DNA of 64,000 nt from Acidobacteriota bacterium (lineage in GTDB: Bacteria > Acidobacteriota > Vicinamibacteria > Vicinamibacterales > UBA2999): NCBI GenBank assembly GCA_020851565.1, contig JADZCN010000114.1, forward strand, positions 30,361-94,360, given 5' to 3'. A program made the translations under genes and the position numbers. Of this stretch, positions 17,916 to 27,274 are shown piece by piece. How positions within the stretch are numbered: position 1 is the stretch's first letter; each line of letters opens with the position of its first letter. Under the pieces are notes generated by a model, which had not been told where the DNA came from, did no database searches, and was given only the letters and a program-made list of their open reading frames with translations.

Positions 17916-20900
17916 ACCGGGCGACCGCATAGGGGAACGTGTTGATCCAGACGGTGGGCGGCAGGTCGTCGAAGGTGTAGCTCTCGTTGAGCGTCGCGCT
18001 CGCCGTCCAGTCGGCCTGGAACGCCTTGGCTTTCAGCGTCACGGTCCCGGCCGCAAACGTGAGCGGCGACACGTACTCGCTCGAGGCCGCGGTCGGCTCG
18101 CTGCCGTCGGTGGTGTAGCGAATCGTCGCCCCAGCCGGGCCGCTGAGCACAATGGCCTCCGTGGGCTGATAGATCCCGGCGGGCGGCGTGGCTGTGGGCG
18201 TCGCCAGCGTGCCCTGGGTGATCGTGATCGCGGAGGTCGTCACCGCGCTCGGCGTCCAGCCCGTCCGGAACGCGCGCGCCTGCACGGTCGTCGTAGTGGT
18301 GACGGCAATGGCGCCCGTGTAAAGCGGGGAACCCTCGTCCGGCGTGCTGCCGTCCACGGTGTAGCGCAGCACCGCCTGCGGGTCCGCCGCGCTCAGCGTC
18401 ACCGTCTGCGGGCCGACGTATGTGCCCGTCCCCGGCGCCACCACAGGCGCCGCCGGCTGCAGCATGTACGTGGCAGACGCTACCACGCTCGGCGCCCGAT
18501 CCGGCACCCACGCCCGCGCCTTCAGCGTCGTCGTGCCCGTGATCAGCACGTCGCCGGTCGCCGGCACCTCGGGATCGCTCGCCGTCGGGTCCACGCCGGT
18601 TGTCGTGTAGCGCAGCGTCGCGCCCGGCACGGCGCTCGTGATGAGCACGATCTGCTCAGTGGCGTACGTGCCGGACGCGAGGCTCAGCGTGGGCGGCGGC
18701 GGGCTCCAGCGCCCCGGCGCCGTCCACGCCAGCGCCGGCGCCAGTCGGTTCGAGGTCGTGCCATCGCCCAGTTGCGAATAGTAGGCCTCGCCCCACGGTG
18801 TAGCGCAGCACGGCCTGCGGGTCCGCCGCGCTCAGCGTCACCGTCTGCGGACCCACATACGTCCCCGTCCCCGGCGCCACCGTCGGCGCCGCGGGCTGCA
18901 GCATGTAGGTGGCCGACGCCACCACGCTGGGCGCCCGATCCGGCACCCACGCCCGCGCCTTCAGCGTCGTCGTGCCCGTGATCAGCACGTCGCCGGTCGC
19001 CGGCACCTCGGGATCGCTCGCCGTCGGGTCCACGCCGGTCGTCGTGTAGCGCAGTGTCGCCCCCGGCACGGCGCTCGTGATGAGCACGATCTGCTCAGTG
19101 GCGTACGTGCCGGCCGCCAGGCTCAGCGTGGGCGGTGGCGGGCTCCACCGCCCCGGGGCCGTCCACGCCAGCGCCGGCGCCAGCCGGTCCGCCGTGGTGC
19201 CATCGCCCAGTTGCGAGTAGTAGCCGTCGCCCCAGGTCCACACGCCGCCGTCCATCGCCACCGCCACGCTGTGCGCGCTGCCCTGCGCCAGCAGCGTCAC
19301 GCCGGTGGGCCCGCTCAACTCGGTCGGGGTCAGCACGCTCGACGTCGTGCCGTTCCCCACTTGTCCCGACGTGTTCGTACCCCAGCCGAGCAACACCCCA
19401 GTGGGGCTGAGCGCGCCGCTGTGGTTGGTGCCGGCCGCCAGCACCGCCGCACTGGTCCCGGGCACCATGACGGGGACCGGATGGTCCGTCTGGCTGCCCA
19501 GTCCCAGCTTCCCACCCCCGCCATCCCCCCACGCCCACAGCGCGCCGCTGCGCGTCCGCGCCAGGCTGTGGAACGCGCCGGCCGCCACGTGGACCACGTC
19601 CGACAAACCGCCGATCGCCACGGGCGTCAGCCGGCTGGTGGTCGTCCCATCACCTAATTGGGAGGAAGTGTTGGCGCCCCAGGCCCACACCTGGCCCTCC
19701 GCCGTCACGGCCAGGTTGTGATTCGCCCCCGCCGCGATGGCAACGACGTTCGCGAGCCCATTCACCAGCAGCGGCACGGACGACGAGCCCGTCGTGCCCT
19801 GGCCGAGCTGACCGCTCGCGCCGTAGCCGAAGGCGTACACCTGGCCGGTACTCGCGAGCACGAGGCTGTGCGAGGCGCCCGCGGCCACCGCGACGATGGG
19901 CGGGAGCCCTCCGATGGGCACCGGCCGGCTGCGGTTCGACGAGGTCCCATCCCCCAGGCGCCCGTACGCGTTGTAGCCCCACGCCCAGAGCTGGCCGTCG
20001 GCGGTGGCCGCCAGGCTGTGCAGCCCGCCCGCCGCCACCGCCACGACGCCGGTGAGCGTCGGCACCAGCACCGGCGTCGGGCGCGTGGTGCTGGTGCCGT
20101 CGCCCAACTGCACATTGGTGTTGAACCCCCACGCGTACACCATGCCCTCGGGCGTGGCCAGCAGCGTGTGGCGATCCCCGGCCGACCCCGCACCGCCACT
20201 GAGGGGCGCTGTCAGGCTGTACGTGCCCGTCGCCACCGCGCTATCGCCGGCGCCGGTGCGGAACGCGCGCACCTTGATGGTGTACTCGCCGATCAGGATT
20301 GGCGTCGCCGGGATGGCGGGGCTGCTCGCCGTGGGGTCCGTACCATCGAGCGTCCAGCGCAGCGTCGCGCCGGGGTCCGGGCTCGTCACCGTCAGCGCGG
20401 TGCCCGGGGCGTAGCTCCCGGAGGGCAGACTCAGCACCGGCGTGCTCGCGACCACGCTGTAGGCCTGGGTGCTCACGGCGCTGGCCGTGTAATCGGGATG
20501 GAAGGCCTTGGCGCGCACGGTCGCGCTGACGTCCACGGGGAAGGGGCCCCCATAGAGCGGCGAGCCGGTGGTCGGCGTGCCGCCATTCACCGTGTAGTGG
20601 ATGGCCGCGAAGGGCTGCGCCTCCAGCGTCACCATCACCTGTCCCGTGAACGTGCCGGCCCCCGGCGTGATGGTCGGCGCCGTCAGCGTGCCGAAGTTCA
20701 TCGTGTACGTCGCCGTCCGCACGACCGAGTCGGACCAGTTCGCCTTGAACCCGACCGCCTTCAGCGTGGTCGTCGTCGCGATAGTGAGCGCGGACGCGTA
20801 GGCCGGAGACGCGGGCGTCGGGTCCGTGCCATCCACCGTGTAGCGGATCGTCGCGCCCGCCCTGCTGGTGGCAAGCGTCACCGTGCGCGCGCTCGTGTAC

Positions 20901-22197
20901 GTCCCCGCCGAGGGCGATACCGACGGCGTCGCCACCTGCATCGTGTAGGTGGCGCTGGCGGTGTTGCCGGGTGGCATGCCGGACTTCCACGCCCGGGCCT
21001 TCAGCGTCTGCGTCTGGGTCACTCCACGCTGCCGCCGGAGGCCACCACGGGATCCGATTCCGTCGGCTCCGCCCCGTTCTGCGTGTAGTGGATGGTCGCG
21101 CCCGTGGTGACGACCGACACCGTGACGGTCCGCTCGGTGGTGTAGGTGCCGGAGGCCACGCTGAAGGTGGGCGTGGCCACGCGCCAGGCAAAGTCGGCGC
21201 CACTGATCGACACGGGCGCCGACACATTGGTCGTCGCGCCGTCGCCCAGCTGGCTGGAGTTGTTCCGGCCCGCCACCCACACGTAGCCAAGCGGGGTGAT
21301 AGCCAGACTGAAGCCGTGTCCCGCCGAGAAGGCCGCCACCTCGCCCACGTTGGCCACCGTCACGGGGGTCGTCCGGTCGGTCGTCGTCGCGTCCCCGAGG
21401 CCACCGTAAGTGTTGTCGCCCCAGGCCCAGAGCGTGCCGTCCGCCCCAGCGGCGAGTGTGTGGTCCGAGCCCGCGTCGAGGGCGGCGAGGCCCGAGAGCC
21501 CGGTGACGGACACGGCCGTCGTGCGCTGATACGCCGTGGTGCCATCGCCCCACTGTCCCGACGCGTTGCGTCCCACGCCCATGGCGGTACCGTCGGCGAG
21601 CAGGAACATCGAGTGTCCCGAGCCGCCCGATGCGGCCACGACGGTGGTCAGACCGATCGCCTGCGCGAGCGTCGTGCGCGGTGTGGTCGTGCCATCGCCC
21701 AATTGCCCGTTGGTATTGGCGCCAGTCCCCCACACCGACCCGTCCGCCTTCACCACCAGCGTGTGCTCCCCTCCCGCGGCGATGGCCTGCGCTCCCGTGC
21801 TGAGCAACCACGGCGCGGTGACATTCGTGGTCGTCCCATTACCGATTTGGCCCACGCTGTTCGCGCCCCAGACATAGACATCGCCCGCGCTCGTCAGCGC
21901 CATGGAGTGCGTGTGTCCCGCGGCAATCGCCACGACCGAGGTCAAGGCCAGCGCCACGGGCGTCCTCCGGTTCGTGGTGGCCCCATCGCCCAGCTGACCA
22001 GAGGAATTGTTCCCGAATGCATACACCGTGCCCGCACTGCTCAAGGCCAGCGAGTGCGCGGTGCCGGCGGCGACGGCGACGATGTCCGCGAGCCCGGCGA
22101 CCTGCTGCGGCACGCGGCGGGTCGTGAGGGTGTTGTCGCCAAGCTGGCCACTGCTGTTGCTGCCAAAGGCCCAGACCGTGCTGTCGGATTTCACCAC
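17812..22197 (-). pseudogene. Disrupted giant RCC1-repeat / chitobiase-C-like (Ig-like) repeat protein, three reading-frame fragments
   Basis: Fragment 22197->21019 has RCC1 blades with GxNxxGQLGDG motifs, then an ATIHYTQNG..P Ig-like domain. Fragment ~21027->18656 is the in-frame part of ORF 18656..21811: about 6 ATxRYTxDGxxP domains, a second RCC1 propeller, and more Ig-like domains. Fragment ~18790->17812 completes it. The frames change at ~21020 (1-nt deletion) and at the 439-bp duplication junction at ~18790. No start codon or signal peptide precedes 22197 in frame. Confidence 0.75.
18352..19229. repeat. Direct tandem duplication, 2 x 439 bp, inside the RCC1 gene
   Basis: 18352-18790 aligns with 18791-19229 at a constant 439-nt offset. 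Examples: TAGCGCAGCA at 18362 and 18801; GATCAGCACG at 18541 and 18980; GGCGTACGTG at 18661 and 19100. About 8% of positions mismatch by eye, but a central ~190-bp stretch is near-identical. 439 is not a multiple of 3. Confidence 0.9.
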
Positions 22198-22482
22198 CAG
22201 CGTGTGCTGGTAGCCGGCCGCGATGCGGCGCGCGGCAGGCGCGGGAGGCTGGGCGGAGACGAGGTGCGGAAGCGTGAAGAAGGAAGGGGGTGACCCGGTG
22301 TCACACCAAGGCAGACGGACGCAGGATCGTGAATTCCGCGGACGTGGCCCAAGGACCTGCCGAACTCCTGCCGCCGGCAGGCCGTCAGCGTCTCGGAAGT
22401 GCGGTCTTGTCGTCCAGGATGGTCAACAACCAGCCCGATCGACCACGCAGTGGAAGGAAACCGAATGCCCAATCACGACCGC

Positions 22483-24999
22483 TCACTCGTAGCGCAGCGC
22501 GCGTACAGGTTCCACCGCGGCAGCCCTTCGCGCGGGCAGATAGCCCGCGAGCGCGCCCACCAGGGCGAGCGCGGCGGCGGCCGCCAGCAGCGTGAGCGGG
22601 TCCGTGGGCGACAAGCCGAAGAGCTGCGAGGACACGACGCGGCTCAGGGCCAGCGCCGCGGGGATGCCGATCAGCACGCCGACGCCGGTGAGCACGGCCA
22701 CTTCCCGCAGCACCAGCCACACGACGCTGCCGCGCTCCGCCCCGAGCGCGATGCGGATGCCAATCTCCCGCGTGCGGCGCGCGACTGTGTAGGACATCAG
22801 GCCGTAGAGGCCGACCGCCGCCAGCAGCGTGGCCAGCAGGCCGAACGCCGCCGAGAGCACCGCCAGCATGCGCTCGGTGAACACGGCCTCGTCAATCGTC
22901 TGCTCCATCGTCGTGACGTTGTAGAGCGGCAGGCTGGCGTCGCGGCGGCCAACGGCGTCCCGGATTCGCTCGACGAGGCCGGCACGGCCCTCCGGCGTGG
23001 AGCGCACGTAGACCGTCATCCCCGTCAGCTCCGTGCTCTGCTGCAGCGGCGTGTAAGCGAACCGCCGGACCTGGTTGTCCTCCGTCGTCCCCTCGCGCAT
23101 GGTGCCGTGCAGCGAGTCCTTCACCACGCCCACGATCTCGATGGCGCCGGGGTCGTTCAGCACGCGCCAGCCGAAGCGGCGCCCGATGGGGTTCTCCGAC
23201 CCGAAGTAGTACCGCGCGAAGGTCTCGTTGACGACGGCGACGAGCGGCGCGCCCTCGACGTCCCTCGGCGTGAACTCGCGCCCCAGCAGCAGCGGCTGCC
23301 CCATGGTACGGAAGTAGTCCGGTCCCACCTCGTTGGTCCACGGGTTCATGTTCTCGTCGGGCTTCGTCTCGTACCCCTGCACCTGGATGGTGCGGCTGGA
23401 GATGCTGTCGGTGAGCACAGGCTCGGCTGCCATGGAGACACCGGCGACGCCGGTGACGGCCTGCAGATCCTGCTGCAAGGCCGCATAGAACTGCTTGATG
23501 CGCGCTTGCGAGTAGCCTGCCAGCTCGGGGCTGATGGCGAACGACACGAGGGAGGTGGCGTCGAAGCCCGGGTTCAGGTGCTTCAGGTTGTACAGGCTGC
23601 GCGCGAAGAGCCCCGCGCCCGCCACCAGCAGCATGGAGAGCGCCACCTGGGCCACCACCAGTCCCTTGCGCAGCCGTGCGTGCGCGCGTCCGCCACTGAG
23701 CGCCCCGGCCTCTTCACGGAGTGTGCGGTTCATGTCGGGCCTGGACGCCTGGAGTGCCGGAGCGAGCCCGAAGACCACCGCGGTGACGAGCGACACGGCC
23801 AGGGCGAAGAGGCCCACGCGGAGGTCCGGCGTGGTGGAGAGCATCCGCGTGGTCGAACCGGTCGACGGCAGCAGCCCCACCAGCAGCTCGCCCACCCAGA
23901 CCGACAGCACCAGCCCCACGGCGCCTCCGGCGAGCGACAGCAGCAGGCTCTCCAACAGCGCCTGGCGGACGATGCGGCCGCGGCTGGCGCCGAGCGCCAG
24001 GCGCACGCCGATCTCCTTCTGCCGGGCGGCGGCCCGCGCCACCAGCAGGCTCGCGACGTTTGCGCAGGCGATGAGCAGCACCATTCCCACCATGCCCATC
24101 AGCACGACCACCGGCGCGCTGAAGCCCTGCCGCAGTCCGGACAGGCCGCGCCCCGCCGGCTCCATCTCGATGCTCTTCGCGAGGAACCGCTCCTTGAAGA
24201 GCGCGCTGCCCCTGGCAAACCCAGGCACGGCCTCGAGGTCGTGCGCGTTGATCTGCTTGTAGAGCACGTCGAGCCGCGCGCGCGCCGCCTCGAGCTCGAG
24301 CCCGGGCTTCAGCCGCCCCACGATGTTCACGAACCGCGTCTGACGGTCGTCGAGGCCGTCCCAGGTGGGCGTGATCTGCGCCTTCATCGTCAGCGGCACG
24401 AACACATCCGGGCTGCTGAGCGCGACCACACCTGCAAAGCCCGCGGGCGCCACGCCAATCACGGTCATCGGCGTGGTGTTGATCGTCAGTGCCTGGCCGA
24501 GCACCTGGGGACTGCCCGCGAAGCGGCGCATCCAGTACGCGTGGCTCAGCATCATCACGGGGTGTCCCGCTCTCACGCGATCGTCGTCCGGCGACAAGGC
24601 GCGGCCGAGGGCAGGGCGGGCCCGCAGGACCTCGAAGGTGTTGCCGGAGACCATCTCTACGCTGACGCGCTCGGCCTGGCCGTTCTGCACCAGCGTGGCT
24701 GATGCGGGCGCTCGGGCCACGAGGCCGGAAAACACGTCGCTGCGGTCCCGCAGGTCCTGGTACATCGGGTACGAGAACGTCCGATCGTTCATCGTCCGCC
24801 CGCTGAAGGGCCCCGGGCCATCCAGCTGGACGAGCTCATCCGGCCGATCCACGGGCAGCATCCGGAGCATGAGCTGGTCCATCAACGAGAAGATGGCCGT
24901 GTTGGCGCCGATGCCGAGTCCCAGGGTGAGCACGACCACCAGCGTGAAGGCCGGGGCGTGGAAGAGAGTGCGCAGCGCGTATCGAAGATCGGTGAGCAT
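22483..24999 (-). CDS. MacB/FtsX-type duplicated orphan permease (ADOP-like ABC permease)
   Basis: 838 aa. N-terminus MLTDLRYALRTLFHAPAFTLVVVLTLGLGIGANTAIFS, two FtsX-like 4-TM modules each followed by a large periplasmic domain, and C-terminus PVRALRYE. No adjacent ATPase. Confidence 0.9.
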   Translation of the reverse strand: MLTDLRYALRTLFHAPAFTLVVVLTLGLGIGANTAIFSLMDQLMLRMLPVDRPDELVQLDGPGPFSGRTMNDRTFSYPMYQDLRDRSDVFSGLVARAPASATLVQNGQAERVSVEMVSGNTFEVLRARPALGRALSPDDDRVRAGHPVMMLSHAYWMRRFAGSPQVLGQALTINTTPMTVIGVAPAGFAGVVALSSPDVFVPLTMKAQITPTWDGLDDRQTRFVNIVGRLKPGLELEAARARLDVLYKQINAHDLEAVPGFARGSALFKERFLAKSIEMEPAGRGLSGLRQGFSAPVVVLMGMVGMVLLIACANVASLLVARAAARQKEIGVRLALGASRGRIVRQALLESLLLSLAGGAVGLVLSVWVGELLVGLLPSTGSTTRMLSTTPDLRVGLFALAVSLVTAVVFGLAPALQASRPDMNRTLREEAGALSGGRAHARLRKGLVVAQVALSMLLVAGAGLFARSLYNLKHLNPGFDATSLVSFAISPELAGYSQARIKQFYAALQQDLQAVTGVAGVSMAAEPVLTDSISSRTIQVQGYETKPDENMNPWTNEVGPDYFRTMGQPLLLGREFTPRDVEGAPLVAVVNETFARYYFGSENPIGRRFGWRVLNDPGAIEIVGVVKDSLHGTMREGTTEDNQVRRFAYTPLQQSTELTGMTVYVRSTPEGRAGLVERIRDAVGRRDASLPLYNVTTMEQTIDEAVFTERMLAVLSAAFGLLATLLAAVGLYGLMSYTVARRTREIGIRIALGAERGSVVWLVLREVAVLTGVGVLIGIPAALALSRVVSSQLFGLSPTDPLTLLAAAAALALVGALAGYLPARRAAAVEPVRALRYE

Positions 25000-25051
25000 G
25001 GGGCGGCCTCAACGGGTATCAGACGAAGAGGACGCCGTGGTGGTTGGGGAG

Positions 25052-25120
25052 GGTGAGACGTGAGAAGTGAGGCTATCCCTCCGTTCGTCCCTTGTCCCTG
25101 CCTTCGCTTCTCACCTCACC
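25052..25120. other. Interrupted stem-loop (GGTGAG..TGAGAAG / CTTCTCA.CTCACC) between the USP stop and the permease start
   Basis: GGTGAG (25052-57) pairs with CTCACC (25115-20), and TGAGAAG (25061-67) pairs with CTTCTCA (25107-13). The loop is ~39 nt and C/T-rich. A TGAGAAG-type stem also occurs at 32564-32595. Confidence 0.5.
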
Positions 25121-25134
25121 GATCCGCGCCCCAT

Positions 25135-25953
25135 CTAAGTTCTCGACGGCACCGCCAGGACAATGGCGTCCTTCGTCTTGAGCACCGCCGAGGCGATCTC
25201 GCCCGGAACGCCGTGGCCAGGCTCGCGCAGGCCCATCACGACCAGCCCGGCCTGCTCGGCCACTGCCGCCTGGTCGATTTCCTCGGCGACGGAGGCGCCA
25301 CGCCTGACCAGCACGCGGTCTGCCGGCGACGGGCCGAGGCCGGCCGTCCGCTCCTGGAGCGCCTTCTCCGCGTCGGCGTCGCTGGCTCCGCCGCCGGTCA
25401 CCGTCATGACGACCAGCGGCTGGCGTGCCAGGGCGGCCATCTGGCTGCCCAGGTCGAGCTGGGCCTGGTTGTGCTCGGTGAGGTCCACGGGGACGAGCAC
25501 GGTGCCGGGGTGCAGCTTCACCTCGCTCGCCGTCAGCGTGACGATGTCGCCGTGGCCGGGAGGCACGAGGAGCGTCGGCGTCTTCGTCAGCTCGAGGACC
25601 ATGGCGCTGGTGGAGCCGAGCAGCCAGCGCGACACGCCGGACTTGCCGTGCGTGCCGGTCACGATCAGGTCCGTGTCCTCGCGCGCCATCTCGAGGATGG
25701 CGTCCGCGGGCTGTCCCTGCGTGATACGCACGACGCGGATGCGGGGCTCGCCGAGATAGGCGGCGCCTGCAGGCAACGTGTCGCCGAGCAGGCCCTTGAT
25801 CGTGGCCTCCGCGGCGTGCGTGTCACCGCCGACGGCGGCGAGCACCGTGAGGCGGGCGCCGCAGGCGCCGGCCATGCCGGCGGCATGCTTCAGGACGCGC
25901 GGAGCGAGATCGGAGAAGTCCAGTGCGCAAAGAACCGAAGTGAACGGAGGCAT
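25135..25953 (-). CDS. Universal stress protein, tandem USP domains
   Basis: 272 aa with two USP-like halves: VLCALDFSDLAPRVLKHA...DLIVTGTHGKSGVSRWLLGSTS, and a second half ending VMGLREPGHGVPGEIASAVL. TAGAAT lies 6 nt upstream of the ATG. Confidence 0.8.
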   Translation of the reverse strand: MPPFTSVLCALDFSDLAPRVLKHAAGMAGACGARLTVLAAVGGDTHAAEATIKGLLGDTLPAGAAYLGEPRIRVVRITQGQPADAILEMAREDTDLIVTGTHGKSGVSRWLLGSTSAMVLELTKTPTLLVPPGHGDIVTLTASEVKLHPGTVLVPVDLTEHNQAQLDLGSQMAALARQPLVVMTVTGGGASDADAEKALQERTAGLGPSPADRVLVRRGASVAEEIDQAAVAEQAGLVVMGLREPGHGVPGEIASAVLKTKDAIVLAVPSRT

Positions 25954-25991
25954 GGCGACATTCTATCGATGGAGACGTGCCGGCACGCCGC

Positions 25992-26546
25992 TTATTCTCG
26001 CCCGGCCTCGATGAGCATGGGCTGGCCCAGCGCTTGTTCGATGGCACTGATGAGTTGGGCATCGTCCGCAGACACGAGACTCCCGAAGAACGCGCGCACG
26101 CGCCCATCGCGGCCGACGAGGTATTTCGCGAAGTTCCATGCCGGCGCTTCGCCGGTGGAGGTGAGGAAGTCGTAGACGGCGGACCGGCCCTCCCCACGCA
26201 CGTGCCCCTTCCCGAACACGGGGAATGTCACGCCGCGCGCATCACACACCTGCTGGATCCCCGCATCGTCGTTCGGCTCCTGCCAGAAGTCGTCGCTGGG
26301 GAAGGCGAGGATGACCAGACCGCATTCGCTGGCCACGTTCACGACCAGTGCCACGTGGCCGCTGTAGGCGGAGAGGGCCATGTTGTGGCCCTGGCCGTCG
26401 CGGGCCGTGAGATCGTAGAACGACGCAGCCGCGGGTGTCGAAACAGGCCTCACGATGGACAGCCGCCAGGCGATGGCGCCAGCGACGGCGATAGCGGCCG
26501 CCACGAGCGCCAGGGACGTCTGAAGGAAAGGCCGTCTGGACACCAT
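25992..26546 (-). CDS. Glutathione peroxidase-like protein (degenerate; internal deletion)
   Basis: C-terminal 184 aa of ORF 25992..27002, from the ATG at 26546, with a TM/signal segment. GPx motifs are VNVASECG (Cys codon TGC), LAFPSDDF and WNFAKYLVGRDG. About 19 residues normally found between CG and the LxFP strand are absent. Confidence 0.7.
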   Translation of the reverse strand: MVSRRPFLQTSLALVAAAIAVAGAIAWRLSIVRPVSTPAAASFYDLTARDGQGHNMALSAYSGHVALVVNVASECGLVILAFPSDDFWQEPNDDAGIQQVCDARGVTFPVFGKGHVRGEGRSAVYDFLTSTGEAPAWNFAKYLVGRDGRVRAFFGSLVSADDAQLISAIEQALGQPMLIEAGRE

Positions 26547-26588
26547 GGACCCGCTGGTTGGACGCAGGGCCGACAGGCGTGGATCCGG

Positions 26589-26708
26589 GTGCGGGCGGGT
26601 GCGAACAGGTGCGAACAGGTGCGGGCGGGTGCGGGCGGGTGCGGGCGGGTGCGGGCGGGTGCGAACGGGTGCGGGCGGGTGCGAACAGGTGCGGGCGGGT
26701 GCGAACAG
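26589..26708. repeat. 12 x 10-bp tandem array with two unit states (GTGCGGGCGG / GTGCGAACAG)
   Basis: Read directly. Unit order is G A A G G G G A' G A G A. It lies in the divergent gap between starts 26546 (-) and 26728 (+). The same family occurs at 54643-54807 and, reverse-complemented, at 40505-40560. Confidence 0.95.
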
Positions 26709-26727
26709 GTGACGTGAGGGGAGGCAG

Positions 26728-27195
26728 GTGATGGTCACGCGACGAGAGGTGGTGACGGCGGGCGTGATGGGGGTGCTGTCCACGTCGGCTGCGGCGGAAG
26801 CGGCGGGCGGAGGGGGTGGCGGCGTGGCGGCCGCCTCGGCGCAGTCGGCAGAGGCGATCAGCGCCGAAGCCCTCCGGGGCATCCTGCGCGAGCTGCAGGA
26901 GGTGCGCGAGGCGCTCGACCTCACGCTCCGGCAGAACTCGCTGGCCATCGGCGCCATTGCTCCCATCCGCCGGGCGTTCGAGTTGTTCCTGCGCTCGAAC
27001 ATGAAGTACCCCGACTATTGCGAGATCGGCCACGGCGTCTTCACCGAGCTCTACGACTGGCACGTGAAGCACCGGCAGCCCATCGAGGTGCAGCGCGTGG
27101 AGGGCCGCATGGCCATCCGCTTCATGTTCACGTGGATGCTGCTCAGGCCGGAGCAGGATCCGAACTTCGTCGGGATTGCCTACGATCGGGGATGA
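26728..27195 (+). CDS. Hypothetical protein with possible twin-arginine signal
   Basis: 155-aa ORF (GTG 26728 or ATG 26731) preceded by GGGGAGG. N-terminus VTRREVVTAGVMGVLSTSAAAEAA. No family recognised. Confidence 0.55.
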   Translation: MMVTRREVVTAGVMGVLSTSAAAEAAGGGGGGVAAASAQSAEAISAEALRGILRELQEVREALDLTLRQNSLAIGAIAPIRRAFELFLRSNMKYPDYCEIGHGVFTELYDWHVKHRQPIEVQRVEGRMAIRFMFTWMLLRPEQDPNFVGIAYDRG

Positions 27196-27200
27196 GCGGG

Positions 27201-27243
27201 CGCAGGGTGCAAGGGTGCAAGGGTGCAGGGGTGCAAGGGTGCC
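27201..27243. repeat. About 5 x 8-bp array GGGTGCAA/GGGTGCAG
   Basis: CAGGGTGCAAGGGTGCAAGGGTGCAGGGGTGCAAGGGTGCC. Same unit family as 56576-56642. Confidence 0.9.
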
Positions 27244-27274
27244 TGGATCCCGGGTCCCAAAGTAAGCTGTCCCG

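Noticed and set aside
21013-21032. Programmed -1 ribosomal frameshift joining the first two RCC1 gene fragments.
   Set aside because: There is no slippery X XXY YYZ heptamer and no obvious downstream pseudoknot. The gene has two further independent lesions, so a simple 1-nt deletion or sequencing indel is more parsimonious.
26300-26330. Selenocysteine (TGA) at the GPx active site.
   Set aside because: The active-site codon reads TGC (Cys) in ..GCC AGC GAA TGC GGT... There is no in-frame TGA and no SECIS-like hairpin.
26589-26708. Tandem arrays (also 5048-5183, 47540-47662, 53282-53412 and others) considered as CRISPR arrays.
   Set aside because: The units are only 8-15 bp and directly abut each other with no unique spacers. 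No cas genes or leader sequence are present.
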